This document shows, one piece after another, positions 62,301-64,000 of a stretch of DNA of 64,000 bases. The translations under genes and the position numbers were made by a program. Below the pieces are notes generated by a model. The model was not told where the DNA came from and made no database searches. It saw nothing but the letters and a program-made list of their open reading frames with translations. The DNA is from Macrostomum lignano (Eukaryota): NCBI GenBank assembly GCA_002269645.1, contig NIVC01001358.1:5580-69579 (forward strand). The letters are read 5' to 3'. The first letter of the stretch is position 1. Each line of letters opens with the position of its first letter.

Positions 62301-62375
62301 TGGAGTACGCGGGCGTGAATACTTCACAAGACCGGCAACCTGGAGATTCCGAAACGGGCTTTGCCGCCTCCTCCG
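47373..62375 (+). CDS. GABA-A/GRD-like Cys-loop ligand-gated ion channel subunit, 3'-incomplete; exons about 47373/47450-47705, 55061-55131, 56562-56791, 57941-58023, 58466-58660, 59720-59872, 62173-about 62375
   Basis: YDSNLRPG; [11 protein letters not shown]; IWRPDTYF; Cys-loop [15 protein letters not shown]; TM1 [24 protein letters not shown]; TM2 PGRVTLGITTLLT; TM3 [20 protein letters not shown]. Phases are consistent, and the 83-bp and 153-bp exons match the GABA-A gene layout. Single-base frameshifts near 62249 and 62320 and probably in the signal-peptide region; TM4 is not in the window. Confidence 0.93.
47725..48392. repeat. 33-bp minisatellite (gactgattgatgatcagctgtgattgaattggt)n, channel intron 1
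   Basis: Direct reading. Confidence 0.95.
48938..49392. repeat. 22-bp minisatellite (gggatatctgtactctagcaca)n
   Basis: Direct reading. Confidence 0.95.
50555..51500. repeat. Degenerate gtagatgtcag-based minisatellite
   Basis: Direct reading. Confidence 0.85.
52335..53770. repeat. 18-bp minisatellite (gaggtagatgaggtggct)n switching to (gaggtagatgcagtacct)n
   Basis: Direct reading. Confidence 0.96.
54552..54998. repeat. 16-bp minisatellite (tctggtttgtgaatcg)n
   Basis: Direct reading. Confidence 0.96.
55520..55915. repeat. Tandem duplication with a unit of about 113/226 bp
   Basis: agagccaatcagaagg at 55525, 55751 and 55865. Confidence 0.85.
56106..56305 (-). pseudogene. Tc1/mariner transposase C-terminal fragment in channel intron 2
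   Basis: The minus strand reads [23 protein letters not shown] .. [18 protein letters not shown] .. ARGSYTRY*, the Tc1 WP..SPDLNPIE..W and terminal RGG.TRY motifs. Confidence 0.85.
57007..57361. mobile_element. hAT (Charlie/MER-like) MITE with internal GA-rich tract
   Basis: Ends cagggatttggcaaaacattttt..aagggccagat and gggccgcatgtggccc..tttcccaacccctg; imperfect 8-bp TSD atatagag/atccagag. Confidence 0.65.
58668..59632. repeat. 16-bp minisatellite (gcattacatatcggat)n, channel intron 5
   Basis: Direct reading; begins at the donor. Confidence 0.96.
60050..62040. repeat. 24-bp minisatellite (catactctcccttatctaccgtct)n, channel intron 6
   Basis: Direct reading. Confidence 0.95.
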
Positions 62376-62534
62376 GTGGGTGTTTTTTCCTCAGATTTTT
62401 CATATCGCACTACTGGCTTCGGGTAGTAGCCTGATTAGGGCGTTTTACTGTTCAAGATTGACTTTTCTCTATCACACAAGAATTAGTCAATGAAATGCGA
62501 TCAAATAGGATGAGTAGAACTGGATGACTGGACC

Positions 62535-64000
62535 GGATCAGGATCAATAGGAGGGGATCAGAATCGATAGAATGGGATCAGGATCAATAGGATGGAATCA
62601 GGATCAATAGGATGGAATCAGGATCAATAGGATGGAATCAGGATCAATAGGATGGAATCAGGATCATAGGATGGAATCAGGATCGATAGAATGGGATCAG
62701 GATCTATAGAAGGGGATCAGAATCGATAGAATGGGATCAGGAATCAATAGGATGGAATCAGGATCGATAGAATGGGATCAGGATCTATAGAAGGGGTCAG
62801 GATCGATAGAAATGGGATAAGGATCTATAGGATGGGATCAGGATCTATAGGATGAAATCAGGATCGATAGAATGGGATCAGGATCAATAGAAGGGATCAG
62901 GATCAATAGGATTGGATCAGGATCAATGGGATGGAATCAGGATCAATAGGATGGAATCAGAATCGATAGAATGGGATCAGGATCTATAGAAGGGGATCAG
63001 GATCGATAAAATGGGATCAGGATCAATAGGATTGGATCAGGATCTATAGGATGGAATCAGGATCGATAGAATGGGATCAGGATCTATAGGATGGGATCAG
63101 GATCTATAGATGGAATCAGGATCGATAGAATGAGATCAGGGATCGATAGAATGGGATCATGATCTATAGAAGGGGATCAGGATCAATAGGATGGAATCAG
63201 GATCAAAGGATGGAATCAGGATCGATAGAATGGGATCATGATCTATAGAAGGGGATCAGGATCAATAGGATGGATCAGGATCAATAGGATGGAATCAGGA
63301 TCGATAGAAATGGGATCAGGATCTATAGAAGGGGATCAGGATCGATAGAATGGATCAGGATCGATGGATGGAATCAGGGTATATAGGATGAATCAGGATC
63401 GATAGAATGGGATCAGGATCTATAGAAGGGGATCAGGATCAATAGGATGGGATCAGGATCAATAGGATGGAATCAGGATCAATAGGATGGAATCAGAATC
63501 GATAGAATGGGATCAGGATCTATAGAAGGGATCAGGATCGATAGAATGGGATCAGATCAATAGGATTGGATCAGGATCTATAGGATGGAATCAGGATCTA
63601 TAGGATGAAATCAGGATCGATAGAATAGGATCAGGATCAATAGAAGGGAATCAGGATCAATAGGATGGAATCAGGATCGATAGAATGGGATCAGGATCGA
63701 TAGGATGGGATCAGGATCTATAGGATGGGATCAGGATCAATAGGATGGGATCAGGATCGATAGATGGGATCAGGATCTATAGAAGGGGATCAGGATCGAT
63801 AGAATGGGATAAGGATCTATAGGATGGGTCAGGATCTATAGGATGAAATCAGGATCGATAGAATGGGATCAGGATCAATAGAAGGGGATCAGGATCAATA
63901 GGATTGGATCAGATCAATGGGATGGAATAGGATCAATATAGGATGGAATCAGAACCGATAGAATGGGATCAGGATCTATAGAAGGGGATCAGGATCGATA
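62535..64000. repeat. Minisatellite of about 20 bp (ggatcaggatcaataggatg)n, runs off the window
   Basis: Direct reading. Confidence 0.95.

Noticed and set aside
59873-62434. 853-aa hydrophobic ORF
   Set aside because: Mostly a 24-bp intronic minisatellite; only the end overlaps the real channel exon.

Overview
Eukaryotic (metazoan) genomic DNA, not prokaryotic: GC-rich spliced exons lie among many unrelated minisatellite arrays, and there is a 670-nt assembly gap at 16554-17223. The style resembles a minisatellite-rich invertebrate such as the flatworm Macrostomum, but that is an unconfirmed inference. Contents: (1) a giant near-perfect inverted repeat (arms 1-3805 and 7339-10813; the left arm may extend beyond the window) around a 3.5-kb spacer holding a decayed Tc1-type transposase and an older nested inverted repeat; (2) a 23-bp satellite, a tRNA-like remnant, a Helitron-like end and a Merlin/IS1595-type transposase remnant; (3) an AATF/Bfr2 gene (+); (4) a 3745-bp Mag-like Ty3/gypsy element with identical LTRs, TSD, tRNA-Ser PBS and an intact PR-RT-RH-IN ORF but no gag; (5) a 7-exon gene (-) encoding a predicted 1234-aa multi-ankyrin protein with a C-terminal CARD-like death-fold domain; (6) the 5' seven exons of a GABA-A-like Cys-loop channel (+), whose introns contain a Tc1 fragment and a hAT MITE. 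Most long ORFs in the supplied track are artefacts of stop-free tandem repeats.
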